A DNA stretch of 64,000 nucleotides from an uncultured delta proteobacterium. Its GTDB lineage: Bacteria > Myxococcota_A > Polyangia > Polyangiales > Polyangiaceae. The stretch is from the NCBI GenBank assembly GCA_963850305.1, contig CAWKKR010000011.1:384001-448000 (forward strand), given 5' to 3'. This document shows positions 30,176 through 40,839 of this stretch, in pieces; the first letter of the stretch is position 1, and each line of letters starts with the position of its first letter. Under the pieces are notes generated by a model. That model was given only the letters and a program-made list of their open reading frames with translations, was not told the origin of the DNA and made no database searches. The position numbers and the translations under genes were made by a program.

Positions 30176-31579
30176 TTAGGAGCCCGAAGCCTTCGCAATT
30201 TCCAGCGCTCGCGCGAGCAGCACCGACGGTTCGTTCTTGGCTGGGTCATCCAGGACCTCATCCAGCAGCCTTCGCAAAATCTCTCCATAAAGGGGTCCCG
30301 GGGGAACACCGAGCGCGGAGAGGTCCCGACCACCGATGGAGAGGTCGCGGATCGTCAGAGCTGCACCCGCGGCGCAGACATGGGCGACGTGCGCCATCAG
30401 GCCTTCGAGCCGCGCGAGGTCGTCGGTCGCGTCGCGCCCCTTCCCGAGCACGTCAGCGCGATTCAACGCGTACAGCTCCTCGACCCGTTCAGGACCCACG
30501 CGACGCATCCAGCGGCGCACCGCGGCGTCGGTCCACGACGAGTCCCAGCAGATGAGGTGGTGTCGAACCAATGCCACGATGCGATCGCGGTCGTCGTTCG
30601 AGAACCTCAGGCGCTCGAGAAGAGGTCTTGCCATCTCGGCGCCGATGCGCTCGTGCTCGTAGAATGTGTAGTCTTGGGTCTTCTCGCTGAACTCTCTCGA
30701 GCGAGGCTTGCCGACGTCGTGAAGGAGTCCCGCAACGCGTAAAATTGGGGTCTCAGGGCAGGCGTCCATGCAGTGCATGGCGTGACCCCAGACGTCGTAC
30801 GCGTGGTACCGGTTCTGCTCGCATCCCACGGATTCGAGCAATTCCGGCGCAGTGATGGCAAGAAGACCGTGATCCTTCATCACCTCGAAGGCCCGGCTCG
30901 GTCGCCGTGCCTTCATCGTCTTCAGCCACTCGTCGCGGACCCGCTCGGCGCTCACTTTCCGGTACGAGGCGAGCGAGGGCTCCATCGCCCTAGCCGTCCC
31001 TTCATCCAGAGATAGCTGCAATGTCGCGACGAACCGCGCGGCCCGAAGAACTCGAAGTCCATCTTCGGAAAACCGTTCCATCGGGTTTCCGACCGCGCGG
31101 AGCAAGCGGTTCGTCAGATCATCGGCGCCGCGGAACGGGTCGATCAATCGATCCTCGAGCGGGTCGTAAGCCATCGCGTTGATCGTAAAATCTCGACGCG
31201 CCAGATCCGCGACGATGTCGTCCACGAAGTGAACCGAGTCCGGGCGTCGCCCATCCGAATACGATGTCTCGCCCCGCAACGTCGTGACTTCGTAACTCTC
31301 ACCATCGACGAGGACGGTCACGGTCCCGTGCTTGATCCCGGTGGGGATGACGCGAGAAAACAGCTCCTGCACGCGCTCCGGACGCGCATCCGTGGCGATG
31401 TCCCAATCGCCTGGCGAGGGATGTTCGTGGGACACGGCATCCGCGAATAGGTCGCGTAACAGAGCGTCTCGAACGCCGCCGCCGACCAGCCACGCGCGGT
31501 AGCCTGCCTCCGAGAGACGGACGCATAAGGCACGGGCCGCCTTCGGGAGGGCCAGGCGCAACGTCGACGGAACGATCAC
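30176..31579 (-). CDS. cca: tRNA nucleotidyltransferase (CCA- or A-adding) with HD domain
   Basis: VGGGVRD, DWDIAT, RRDFTINA, EDGLR, ERVRDE, LLHDVGK. Confidence 0.9.
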   Translation of the reverse strand: MIVPSTLRLALPKAARALCVRLSEAGYRAWLVGGGVRDALLRDLFADAVSHEHPSPGDWDIATDARPERVQELFSRVIPTGIKHGTVTVLVDGESYEVTTLRGETSYSDGRRPDSVHFVDDIVADLARRDFTINAMAYDPLEDRLIDPFRGADDLTNRLLRAVGNPMERFSEDGLRVLRAARFVATLQLSLDEGTARAMEPSLASYRKVSAERVRDEWLKTMKARRPSRAFEVMKDHGLLAITAPELLESVGCEQNRYHAYDVWGHAMHCMDACPETPILRVAGLLHDVGKPRSREFSEKTQDYTFYEHERIGAEMARPLLERLRFSNDDRDRIVALVRHHLICWDSSWTDAAVRRWMRRVGPERVEELYALNRADVLGKGRDATDDLARLEGLMAHVAHVCAAGAALTIRDLSIGGRDLSALGVPPGPLYGEILRRLLDEVLDDPAKNEPSVLLARALEIAKASGS

Positions 31580-31624
31580 GAGCGGTTTTCTACTTGCTCC
31601 AGCACGCGAAGGCACGTGAGCCCA

Positions 31625-33250
31625 TCATTTTGCCCAGGGGTTCACGATATCGCCGCCGCCGAGACTCACCCCGCTGCTCGGCGCACGCCGTACGGTCACC
31701 GTGCGCGGGCGCTGCAAGGGCGCGACGTGTTCACGGGAAAGCGTGACGAGGAGCTTCGATTCTTTTCCGTCGAGCACTACCGAGCGGGTCACGTATCCCG
31801 TCCGCCGGACCTCCACGTGCACGGTCTCGCCGTCGGCGATGTCGATAACGACCGGGCTCGTCCCGAGGCTCTTTCCGTCGCGGTAGATTTCCGCATCGGG
31901 CGGCTCCCCGGCGACGGCGACCGACGTCCAGACTGCCGCAGGCGTGGCTGCCTTTGCAGGAACCGCCAGCGGCGCGGAACTGGCGCGCGGAGACGGCACC
32001 CCGCTATTCGACGCAGAAGGGGACGCTGGGCTCGTCGAACTGCGCGCAAAGATCGCAACCACGAGACCGACCGCGACGAGGATGCCCGCGCCGCCCGCGA
32101 AGAGCGGCCAGCGACTTCTACCGAACCCGCGCGGCGTCGCCGGAACCGGCGCAGGCATCCGAGGATGGACCTTGAAGAAGTCGGTCGGCACGTTGAAGCC
32201 GCCGGAGCGCGACATCATTTCGCCGACGGCATCGGGAGCGAGTCCATTGGCGAGCTTGTCGAGCTCGGCAATGAGCTCCCGCGTCGATGCGTAGCGCTGG
32301 TCCGGCCGCTTCGAAAGGCACTTCAGGATGATCGCCTCTAGCCCCGGTGGCACATTCTCCGGCGGAGGCACGAGTGCGCGGATGGGGACGGGCGCCTTGT
32401 ACATGTGCTGTGTGAGGATCCCCATGAAGTTGTCGGCGTCGAACGGCACCTTGCCGGACGCAAATTCGTAGAGGATCACGCCGAAAGAGTAGATATCGCC
32501 GCGATGGTCCACGGGCGCACCCGCGGCCTGCTCCGGCGACATGTAGTGGGGCGTTCCGAAGACGGCGCCTGCGCGCGTGAGTTGCCCGCTGCCCTCGCTG
32601 CTCGTCGACACCTTCGCGATGCCGAAATCCAGGATCTTGACGAAGTCTTTATCGCCCCCGCGAGGGATGAGGAAAATATTGTCGGGCTTCAGGTCGCGAT
32701 GGACGATGCCGGCGTCGTGAGCCGCAGCAAGCCCCTGCGCCAGCTGACGAGCAATGTGAATCAACCGAGAGATTGGGGCACGCTGTTCGCCGCGAATCAC
32801 TTTCGACAGAGGCTGTCCGTCGAGAAATTCCATCACGAAGTACGTCGAGCCGTCCGGCAGCAGACCGAAGTCACTGATGTCGATGATGTGCTCGTCGCCA
32901 ATCGCGGACGCGGCCTTCGCCTCGGTGAGGAAGCGTTCGGTGACTTCTGCGTCCCGCGCGAGATCCGCGCGGAGCACCTTCATCGCGACTTTCTTGTCGA
33001 TGATCTTGTGGCGACACCGGAACACGACCCCCATGCCGCCCTCGCCGAGCACCGCTTCGATCCGGTAACGGTTGTCCACGGTACAGCCGACGAGGGGATG
33101 CAGCGCCGACGGGGGAGGCGCCCCCGGGTAAAACACCGACGAGTCATCCGCAAAGCTGTCTGCGGGAGGACGGACCGAAGCCAGCTTCAATCCCCGGGGC
33201 GGCGTCGGGAGCTGGTCTTCAGAGGCGGTGCCTTCGGGATCCTGACTCAT
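31625..33250 (-). CDS. Ser/Thr protein kinase with TM segment and PEGA-like domain
   Basis: LGEGGMGVV, HRDLKPDN, DFGIAK, GTPHYMSPEQ. Confidence 0.95.
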   Translation of the reverse strand: MSQDPEGTASEDQLPTPPRGLKLASVRPPADSFADDSSVFYPGAPPPSALHPLVGCTVDNRYRIEAVLGEGGMGVVFRCRHKIIDKKVAMKVLRADLARDAEVTERFLTEAKAASAIGDEHIIDISDFGLLPDGSTYFVMEFLDGQPLSKVIRGEQRAPISRLIHIARQLAQGLAAAHDAGIVHRDLKPDNIFLIPRGGDKDFVKILDFGIAKVSTSSEGSGQLTRAGAVFGTPHYMSPEQAAGAPVDHRGDIYSFGVILYEFASGKVPFDADNFMGILTQHMYKAPVPIRALVPPPENVPPGLEAIILKCLSKRPDQRYASTRELIAELDKLANGLAPDAVGEMMSRSGGFNVPTDFFKVHPRMPAPVPATPRGFGRSRWPLFAGGAGILVAVGLVVAIFARSSTSPASPSASNSGVPSPRASSAPLAVPAKAATPAAVWTSVAVAGEPPDAEIYRDGKSLGTSPVVIDIADGETVHVEVRRTGYVTRSVVLDGKESKLLVTLSREHVAPLQRPRTVTVRRAPSSGVSLGGGDIVNPWAK

Positions 33251-33523
33251 CGCGGCAGCTCCAAGACGGGCGAGCCCACACGCAGGTTAGCCCAGGCGCT
33301 CCCGAAGGTCCGGGTCATTCCGGCGATCATGCAAGAGATGCGCCCCTCCAGAGAGGGGCCTTCCGGGCGGTTTCGAGCTCTGGGCGGCACCGAACCCGTG
33401 CATGGAAACGATCCTCCTCGCCATTTATTGCGCACCCACCTAACCCCACATGCCCGTGGCATACCCCTCCCAGGGACGGCGGTCCGTCCTTCTGATAGCA
33501 CTGCCGCGCCCCCGAACGACGTC

Positions 33524-35176
33524 ATGGGATTCCCACTCGACCTGGCCCTTCGATACATGCGCTCGCGCAAGCGAGCGTTCATCTCCGTCGGCACTGCGTT
33601 CGCCATCGTCGGCGTAGCGCTCGGAACGACGGCGCTCTCGACCGTCCTCAGTGTCACGGGGGGATTCCGAAACGAGTTTCGCGAAAAAGTGCTCGGGGTG
33701 AACGCGCATGTGCTCGTTCTCAAGTACTCGAGCGACTTCCCCGAGTACCGCGAGGTCATGAAGAAGATGGAGACGGTGCCCGGCGTCATCGGCATCGCGC
33801 CCTTCGTCATCAACCCGATGATGATCACGCACGGGGACCGCACGGCCACGGGCGTGCTCCTGAAAGGGGTCGACCCTGATCGGCTCTCGCAGGTGCTCGA
33901 TCTGCCGCGTCACATGGTGGAAGGTTCGCTCGCCGGCCTACGTCTCGAAGGGGCGAAGCCGCCGGCAGCGCGCCACGAGGACACCGACGATTTCGTGCCG
34001 TCGCACGTGTCGCCGATGAAGCCTCCATCGGTCGACGCGGAAGACCTTCGCGCCGCGGGGTCGGCGCGAGTGCCCAAGGACGATCTCGACCGAGCGATAG
34101 AGGCATTGCTCGACAAGGCCGCGCGCAAGGAACCGAACCCGGCCGCGGTAGGGACGCCGCGACTCGACTCCAGTTCTCCGAAGCCGGTGGATTCGGGGTC
34201 CGCCCTCCTTTCCCCCGGGGCGGACGCGGGTTTCGATCCGGCAGCGCTCCCCGCGACAGACCCGGTCGGCCGCGTCACCCCGGCGGGCGGCTACACGAGT
34301 GTGCTCCCAGAGGATGACTCGGTCCCGGACGAAGTCGATCCGGATCCGTGCAAGGACGAAAGCGCAACGACGAAGCTACCTGGCATCGTCATCGGGGCGA
34401 CACTGAAGCAAACCCTGGGCGCCAAGCTCGGGGACTGCCTCCAGGTGACGTCGCCGACAATTGGCTTCTCCTTTTACGGCGGCACGATGCGGCCTCCGGT
34501 CGCGAAACAGTTCCGGATCACCGGTGTCTTCGAAGCGGGCTTCGATCAATACGACTCGAAGCTGGTCTACACGGACCTCTACCAGGCCCAGGCCTTCTAC
34601 GATGGTGGCGATACCGTCACGGGAGTCGAGATGAAGGTTGCCGACATCGACAACGCAAAGCACATCGCGGGGCTAGTGTCCGACAAGCTGAACAACGCCA
34701 TCTACCACGTGCTCGATTGGGAACAACTAAACCACGGTCTCTTCACGGCACTCCGCATCCAGCAGATCCTCATGAGTCTCGTGATCGCTCTCATCATGGT
34801 GGTGGCCGCATTCGCCGTGATCGCGACGCTCATCATGGTCGTCCTCGACAAGAAGCGTGAAATCGCCGTGCTCAAGGCCATGGGCGCGACGGACTGGGTA
34901 CTCCTGCGATCCTTTCTTTATCAAGGCCTCATCATGGGCGTCGTCGGGGCCGCTACCGGTCTCGCCGCCGGGTACGCCGTCTGCCGATGGATCCTCGTGT
35001 ACGGGTTCCCGCTCGATCCCAAGGTTTACTTCATCTCTCGCCTTCCGGTGACGGTGCGCCCGATCGAGTTCACACTGACGGGCGCCTTCGCCATCTTCGT
35101 TTGCCTCGCGGCTACCATCTGGCCGGCGCTGTACGCGTCGCGCCTGCGCCCCGCCGAGGCCTTCCGCGAACAGTAG
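33524..35176 (+). CDS. LolC/E-family ABC permease with a long periplasmic insertion
   Basis: LALRYMR, VLSVTGGF, KKREIAVLKAMGA, YFISRLP, PALYASRLRPAEAFR. Confidence 0.88.
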   Translation: MGFPLDLALRYMRSRKRAFISVGTAFAIVGVALGTTALSTVLSVTGGFRNEFREKVLGVNAHVLVLKYSSDFPEYREVMKKMETVPGVIGIAPFVINPMMITHGDRTATGVLLKGVDPDRLSQVLDLPRHMVEGSLAGLRLEGAKPPAARHEDTDDFVPSHVSPMKPPSVDAEDLRAAGSARVPKDDLDRAIEALLDKAARKEPNPAAVGTPRLDSSSPKPVDSGSALLSPGADAGFDPAALPATDPVGRVTPAGGYTSVLPEDDSVPDEVDPDPCKDESATTKLPGIVIGATLKQTLGAKLGDCLQVTSPTIGFSFYGGTMRPPVAKQFRITGVFEAGFDQYDSKLVYTDLYQAQAFYDGGDTVTGVEMKVADIDNAKHIAGLVSDKLNNAIYHVLDWEQLNHGLFTALRIQQILMSLVIALIMVVAAFAVIATLIMVVLDKKREIAVLKAMGATDWVLLRSFLYQGLIMGVVGAATGLAAGYAVCRWILVYGFPLDPKVYFISRLPVTVRPIEFTLTGAFAIFVCLAATIWPALYASRLRPAEAFREQ

Positions 35177-35201
35177 ACGACACGGCAAGTTCGGCGTCCC
35201 G

Positions 35202-35924
35202 TCAGCGTGCGCGGGCGACGTGGGGCATCATCTTCGAGCGGCGGAGAAGGCTGACGATCCTCGCGCGGATCTCCGGGACCCGAAAGGGCTTCGTGACGTA
35301 GTCGTCCCCGCCGGCCTCGAAGGCCGCGACAATGTCGCTCGACGACGAACGAGCGCTCACGAACAGGATCGGTAGCCCCGCGAAGCGTGGATCCCTCCGG
35401 ACGCGCTTGCAAAAATCCAATCCCGTCATTCCCGGCAGCATCCAGTCGAGCACGACGAGTTCGACGGCCATGTCACGAAGACGATCGAACGCGTCTTCCG
35501 CACTGGAAACGACGCTCGTTGCGTAACCGGCGGCATCCAGTAGCGCCGTGAAGATGCGTTGCGTTTCGCGATCGTCGTCGACGACGAGGATGCGTGTGTC
35601 CACCAGCGTTTCCACGTCGCCGCCCGGCGGCGGCAGGCTCGAGGGCAGGACGCTCGGCACACCCTTGGAATTCGCGAACGTCCAGAGACGCTGCCAATCG
35701 CGATCGTCGAATGCGAGACGCAGCCCGTACCCCCGATCCACGATGCACGCCGCGATCGACGTGGACTCTTCGTCGATCACGAACTGCGCGAGCACCCACT
35801 CTCCGTCCTCGCTGCCCGTCACGCCAGGGGGTAGCTCCAGATCCTGTTCGTCGCCACCGGCTTCGAGCTGGAGGGATAGCGCTTGGTAGCTCGTAAACTC
35901 GTAGACGATGCCGCGCACGAGCAA
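35202..35924 (-). CDS. Response regulator with unknown N-terminal domain and C-terminal REC
   Basis: ILVVDDD, LDWMLPGMTG, DDYVTKPF. Confidence 0.87.
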   Translation of the reverse strand: MLVRGIVYEFTSYQALSLQLEAGGDEQDLELPPGVTGSEDGEWVLAQFVIDEESTSIAACIVDRGYGLRLAFDDRDWQRLWTFANSKGVPSVLPSSLPPPGGDVETLVDTRILVVDDDRETQRIFTALLDAAGYATSVVSSAEDAFDRLRDMAVELVVLDWMLPGMTGLDFCKRVRRDPRFAGLPILFVSARSSSSDIVAAFEAGGDDYVTKPFRVPEIRARIVSLLRRSKMMPHVARAR

Positions 35925-35953
35925 ACGACACTAAATAATTTTGCGCGCCAAAG

Positions 35954-36649
35954 CTACCTCGGCACGCGCAAGGCACACATTCCCGCGAAAGCCGCGGTCA
36001 GAGCGTAGAGCATGCCCGTGCTCTGCCACGCCGAAAGCCCGGCTACGAGCTCACCGCCCAGGAGACTGCGGATGTGGGCGCGGGGCAGCACGACGCAGGA
36101 GAACGCTCCGGCAACCCAGTCCGCAAGGAACGCGACCGTCCGACCGCCGCCCGCCTTGCCGAAGAGCGATCCGAACGAGAACAAGCCAACGTAGGCGCTT
36201 GCAGCGAGGACGGCTATCCAGGACGCAGTGAGGGCATCCGAAAGGCTGGCGTGGGTAGCTGCCCCGCGTGCGAAGATGACGGCAACCGCGGCGACCGCGG
36301 CCGAAACGGCGGCTACGCGAATGCTGGTGCCGATAATCATGCCGAGGACGAGCGAACGCCGATTGGCGCCCCGGCGCGCGGCACCTTTCACGGCTTGATC
36401 GAGTCGTCCGCGAAGACACGCAACGGAGACGGCCGCGCACGCGAAGAGGGGCAGGATCCAACCGAACACGGCTCCCGCAAGGACGATGTCCGCAGCGTCC
36501 GCAGGGGATTGCCGGCGAAGGATCAGAGCGGCAACCAGGGCTGCCGCGAGTGTCGAACCCGTTGCGACGGCGAGCCATCGTCCGGAAAGCCGTTCTCCGG
36601 CGATCGAAATACCAGCCGCGAGGCTTCGCCGCGAACCGGAGCTGCTCAC
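35954..36649 (-). CDS. ABC-2-type permease-like membrane protein
   Basis: Multiple TM segments; GTGA overlap with the upstream ATPase-like gene. Confidence 0.65.
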   Translation of the reverse strand: MSSSGSRRSLAAGISIAGERLSGRWLAVATGSTLAAALVAALILRRQSPADAADIVLAGAVFGWILPLFACAAVSVACLRGRLDQAVKGAARRGANRRSLVLGMIIGTSIRVAAVSAAVAAVAVIFARGAATHASLSDALTASWIAVLAASAYVGLFSFGSLFGKAGGGRTVAFLADWVAGAFSCVVLPRAHIRSLLGGELVAGLSAWQSTGMLYALTAAFAGMCALRVPR

Positions 36650-37525
36650 GACCGCGCTCCGGGACTTACGGCCATCCCGTCCCCAGCAGCCCCCTGAACG
36701 TCGAACCGCGCAATCGCAAGACCGTGCTCGTGCGCCGCCCGGAGCACGGCGAGCGAGACGTCCTCGACGTCGTCCCCTCGGACGACGAGATCCGAGGCAC
36801 CAGCGCGCAGCTCCACCTCCGTGATGGCCGCGTGGTCGGCCAGCGCCTTCGCCAGGGCGCGAGGGTCGTCGACGCGAACCTTGAGCTCGCCCCCCGGATG
36901 TGCCGAGAAGGCCGTCAGCGCGAGCCGTCGTTGGATGATCGTCGTCGAGAACATGCGAGCGCCAACATCGCGCGCGTCGCGCTCGCTGGCGACGATGGCG
37001 ACCACGGCGGTCCCCAGTCTTGCGAAAATCGGCGAGTCGCCGCAGGACGAACCGGCGCTCCAGGCCGGCGCCAAGCGGTTCCACGAATACGGCAACGCGC
37101 GGTCGTTCCACGGCAAGCGCTATTGCCAGAGCGACGCTGCGTGTCTCTTCCGAGGACAGCGTCGCCGGGTGTCGTCCACGCAGCGGAGCGAGTCCGGCAG
37201 CGGCAAGGACCTCGCCCGCAGGACCCGGGCGCTCACTAAACGTCCCCGCGCGAGCGACGGCGACTTCCACCGTCTCGCCGTGGAGAGCTTCCTCGACGGG
37301 CAGCAGCGAAGCGACGTCACGGCGAAGGTCCGGCTCCACGAATGGATCGTGGCCATCCACGCGTACCGAACCCTTTCGCGGACGAGTGATACCGCAGGCC
37401 AGCTCGGCCAGTTCCCCGGCGGGGCCGAACCCGTCCGCAACGATCGCCGTCGTCCCGCCTTCGAAGCTCGCGTCGAAGCCGAAGAGCCGGCGGCCGGCGG
37501 CGCCGGCGAAAACCAGGCGCGTCAC
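36646..37525 (-). pseudogene. Degenerate ABC ATPase-like protein split by one extra base near 37012-37028
   Basis: Signature-like TLSSEETRSVALA and Walker B-like FVEP; the frame switches to GTAVVAIV at a TTTT or GGGG run; Walker A not recognisable; may be a sequencing error. Confidence 0.6.
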
Positions 37526-37526
37526 G

Positions 37527-38198
37527 TCACGTTACCCCTACGAGCTCCGCGACACGACTGGTCGACCAACGGAATGCTGCGACGACCCCGGAGGTCCCCA
37601 GCCTCGGTATGAACGACGGCGTGAGCAGGAATGCGAGGAACACGGCCCGACCGTGACGTGGCGAGAGACACGATGAGACCCGCGAAAGAACACCGACCAC
37701 GATGCCGAACGCAATCGCGTACACGAGGATCGCCGAACCCAGCCGCAAAGAGCTGCCGGCGCCGAGCGATCCCCAGGTTGCCACTGCGAGAATCAACGCG
37801 GGCAGAGCCACGGTGCGAGTGACCACCCAAATGGTCGCAACTAGACGGAGGAGACCTTGAACGTGCACCGATGCTCCGCGACTTTCCGCAAGGTCGACGA
37901 CCCCGTTCTCACGGTCCTCTGTCTGGAGATCGCGAGCTGCCGCCCAGGCAACACCCGCCCCGGCAAGAGACAAAGGTCCTAGGGCGCCCAGGGCCACCGA
38001 GGCGCCGCCCGACGACTCGCCACGCGACGCGACCCACGCGACACCGTAAGCCACCGCGGCGGCCCAGGAATAGAATCTCGCCGACCGGGAAAGACCTCCG
38101 CGGCGTACCGTTCGAGCAAAAAGTGGCACGAACCACGCGAGGCGACGTGCGCCTCGGAGCACCGATACCCGGAGGTCAGGGGCTTCCAGCGACGCCAC
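37527..38198 (-). CDS. Membrane protein (ABC-2 permease-like)
   Basis: Several TM segments; adjacent to the ATPase-like gene. Confidence 0.6.
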   Translation of the reverse strand: MASLEAPDLRVSVLRGARRLAWFVPLFARTVRRGGLSRSARFYSWAAAVAYGVAWVASRGESSGGASVALGALGPLSLAGAGVAWAAARDLQTEDRENGVVDLAESRGASVHVQGLLRLVATIWVVTRTVALPALILAVATWGSLGAGSSLRLGSAILVYAIAFGIVVGVLSRVSSCLSPRHGRAVFLAFLLTPSFIPRLGTSGVVAAFRWSTSRVAELVGVT

Positions 38199-38295
38199 CA
38201 GCCTCAGTCTACGCTCCGTGCCGGCCAGTGCTCAGGAAAGGAACATGTATTCGATGCTTGCGTGGCCGGCCCTAGCTGTGGATCCTGCCGGGCCA

Positions 38296-38880
38296 ATGGT
38301 GGACGAAGCGGGCCGTGCCGCCCCGAATGGTGCGAAAGATCGCCCGACGGACCGACGCGTTCCGTCGGAACGAGAGATCGATTCTCCGGACAAGAAGACG
38401 CTGATTCTGCTGTTCGTCCTCTTCATCGTCACGACATGCTCGTGGGGCGCCGCTCGGTTTGCATGCAACATGCATCCCCCGGAGAGCCATGCTGCACCGA
38501 AGCTGCCGATCGAGCGCCTGACCTTGACCCCGAAAGATGCATCGATCGAGTTCATCCAGCGTCTGCGCTCGTACGACTTCGACGGTGCGCTCGGGATCGC
38601 CGAAGGACCACTCGTCGCCGAGGTCGAGCGCGCGAAGTCCGAGTGCGCGGCGCACGCCAATGATTGCGCGAGGAACCGAGAGGCGGCGGCGGGTCGACTC
38701 ACGACGGCGGTGGTGGTGGCGACGGATGGGTTCAACGCAGGCGTTCGGGTGAGGACCATGCTCAAAGGCACGACGGAGCGTTATCGGCTTCGAATGCACC
38801 GTGAAGACTCCGGCTGGAAAGCCGTGAGCTATGACGTGGAATCGTCCCCGACGGCGGCCCCCGCTTCATCGTCACCCTAA
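38296..38880 (+). CDS. Hypothetical membrane-anchored protein
   Basis: One TM segment followed by a soluble domain. Confidence 0.6.
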   Translation: MVDEAGRAAPNGAKDRPTDRRVPSEREIDSPDKKTLILLFVLFIVTTCSWGAARFACNMHPPESHAAPKLPIERLTLTPKDASIEFIQRLRSYDFDGALGIAEGPLVAEVERAKSECAAHANDCARNREAAAGRLTTAVVVATDGFNAGVRVRTMLKGTTERYRLRMHREDSGWKAVSYDVESSPTAAPASSSP

Positions 38881-39017
38881 ACTGGCTGACGGACAAGGAT
38901 GCGGTCCGGCCATGGGCCCGGGACATCTACCGGAAAATGCTCCGGTAATCCAAAATCGACCGCGACTCCGTAGGGGTTGCCCGTCGCCTGCGTCGGAAGG
39001 GGCAAGGAGACTCGCTC

Positions 39018-39662
39018 ATGCGAACCAAGCACCTCACGACCACCCTGATTTCCGCCCTGACCTGCTCGGCGCTGGCACTACCCGCAAAGGCGCAGACTGG
39101 AAAGCATCACCAAAATCCAGCCGCATTCCTGGAACACTTCGACCGAAACCGCGACGGCAAGGTGGAGCTTTCGGAGCTCCCAGAGCCGCTCCAGCGCCGT
39201 CTGGAGCCCGCGGACACGAATCGCGACGGCGTGATCAGCGTCGAAGAGCTGAGCGCCCGCTGGGACGAGCTCAGAAAAGAGAGGCTGGCCCGGATGGACA
39301 CGAACGGCGATGGGCAAGTGAGCCCAGCCGAGCTTGCTGCCTTCAGGCAGGAGAGGAAGAAGGAGCGGGAGGCGCGAATGGATACGAACGGCGACGGACA
39401 GGTCAGCGACGCCGAACGCGCCGCCTTTCACGAGAAAAGGCAAGAACGCGCATTTGCGCTGATGGATACGAACGGTGACGGACGGATCACGGAACATGAA
39501 GTGCGACCACGTCTCTGGGCGCGCCTCAGCGTCGCGGACACGAACCGCGACGGCGCCGTGACGTATGCAGAGATGACCGCTGCGACGGCGGCGGGCACTC
39601 TCAAGGTGCCTCTCCGTCACCGCCGACCGTCCGCCGGGGATGGTGGAGCCACCTCCGACTGA
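39018..39662 (+). CDS. Secreted EF-hand protein
   Basis: RBS AAGGAG, signal peptide, six DxNxDG loops. Confidence 0.88.
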   Translation: MRTKHLTTTLISALTCSALALPAKAQTGKHHQNPAAFLEHFDRNRDGKVELSELPEPLQRRLEPADTNRDGVISVEELSARWDELRKERLARMDTNGDGQVSPAELAAFRQERKKEREARMDTNGDGQVSDAERAAFHEKRQERAFALMDTNGDGRITEHEVRPRLWARLSVADTNRDGAVTYAEMTAATAAGTLKVPLRHRRPSAGDGGATSD

Positions 39663-39691
39663 CGGCGACGCGTCAGCCGACGGTGACACTC

Positions 39692-39723
39692 AGGCGCCCG
39701 GATTTCGTCCGGGCGCCTTTTTT
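39692..39723 (+). terminator. Rho-independent terminator
   Basis: AGGCGCCCGGA-TTTCG-TCCGGGCGCCT followed by a T run. Confidence 0.9.
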
Positions 39724-39735
39724 CTCTACCGGGAA

Positions 39736-39875
39736 AGGGGGCCTTGCCAGCCTTGCCCCCGCGGCTCGCTTCGCGACCGCTCCCCCGCCGCCTTCGGCGG
39801 GCTCGTCTTCGCAAGGGGGTCTTGACCCCCGCGGCTCGCTTCGCGACCGCTCCCCCGCCGCCTTCGGCGGGCTCG
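39736..39875. repeat. REP-like palindromic element, two direct copies
   Basis: Identical 50-bp cores at 39756-39805 and 39826-39875, each with internal hairpins. Confidence 0.85.
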
Positions 39876-39943
39876 CTCTGCTCGCGTAGTTCCGTACCTC
39901 TTTGATCCCTCGGGGACGACGCTGCTCGTCGATGCGGAACTAC

Positions 39944-40765
39944 TCAGATCAGACCCTTCAGATCGAGCATTTCGCTCACGTCCGGCATGAGCACGAGCTC
40001 GACACGGCGGTTGGCCTGCCGTCCTTCTTCGGTGCCGTTGTCGGCAATCGGATCGGTTTCGCCGTAACCGGCGGCGTGCAGGTGGGTCGGATCCAGGCCG
40101 CCGCCGCCGCCCTTCGCATCTGTCGGCGCGATCATGTACACGAGCACCTGCCGCGCTCGCATGGCGGACAGACCCCAGTTGTCCTTGAAGTTTCCGCCCA
40201 TGAGCGGCTTGTTGTCCGTGTGGCCCGCCACCTGGAAATAGCGAGCCGCCAGCAGCGGGTCCTTCCGGATGACGTCGCAGACCGCAGTGAGAACGTTCTT
40301 GCCCTCTTCCTTCAAGGTGTCCTGCCCAGACGCAAAGAGCACGTCGCCCGGCAGCGAGATGACCATGCGATTGTGCCTGATCTGGACTTTCAAGCCCAGG
40401 TTGGTGAGCTTCTGCAGCTTCTCCCTGAGCTGTTCGAATCGCTCCTTGATGGCCTCGAGCTGGGCCGCACGCGCCTTGTATTCTTCGAGCGCCCGATTGG
40501 TATCGTCCAGGCTCGCCGAGAGACGCTGCTTCTCCGTACTGAGCTGCTCGACGTTGACGCCCATCGCCTGGAGCTTCGAAGTGAGATCTGCGACGCGCTG
40601 CTTGGCTTGATCGAGCTGAGCCTGGAGGTCCTGCTGCTTCTGCTGATCGTCGGATTTCAGCTTGTTGTACTTCGCGAGCTGCGCCTGCCACTCGTCCTCC
40701 GAATAGCCGCACCCGGTGGCCACCATGGCCGCAAGCATCGTTAGAGCTATCTTGCGCTGGATCAC
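39944..40765 (-). CDS. OmpA/MotB-family lipoprotein with coiled coil
   Basis: RBS GGAGG; ATGC lipobox; GHTDN, NWGLSAMRA, NRRVEL. Confidence 0.88.
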   Translation of the reverse strand: MIQRKIALTMLAAMVATGCGYSEDEWQAQLAKYNKLKSDDQQKQQDLQAQLDQAKQRVADLTSKLQAMGVNVEQLSTEKQRLSASLDDTNRALEEYKARAAQLEAIKERFEQLREKLQKLTNLGLKVQIRHNRMVISLPGDVLFASGQDTLKEEGKNVLTAVCDVIRKDPLLAARYFQVAGHTDNKPLMGGNFKDNWGLSAMRARQVLVYMIAPTDAKGGGGGLDPTHLHAAGYGETDPIADNGTEEGRQANRRVELVLMPDVSEMLDLKGLI

Positions 40766-40839
40766 GTGATGAACCTCCGTTGGATGGCCGCACGGTGGCA
40801 CGGGCCGGCCTCAACGAACAAGAGGGATTTCGGGGGGCG

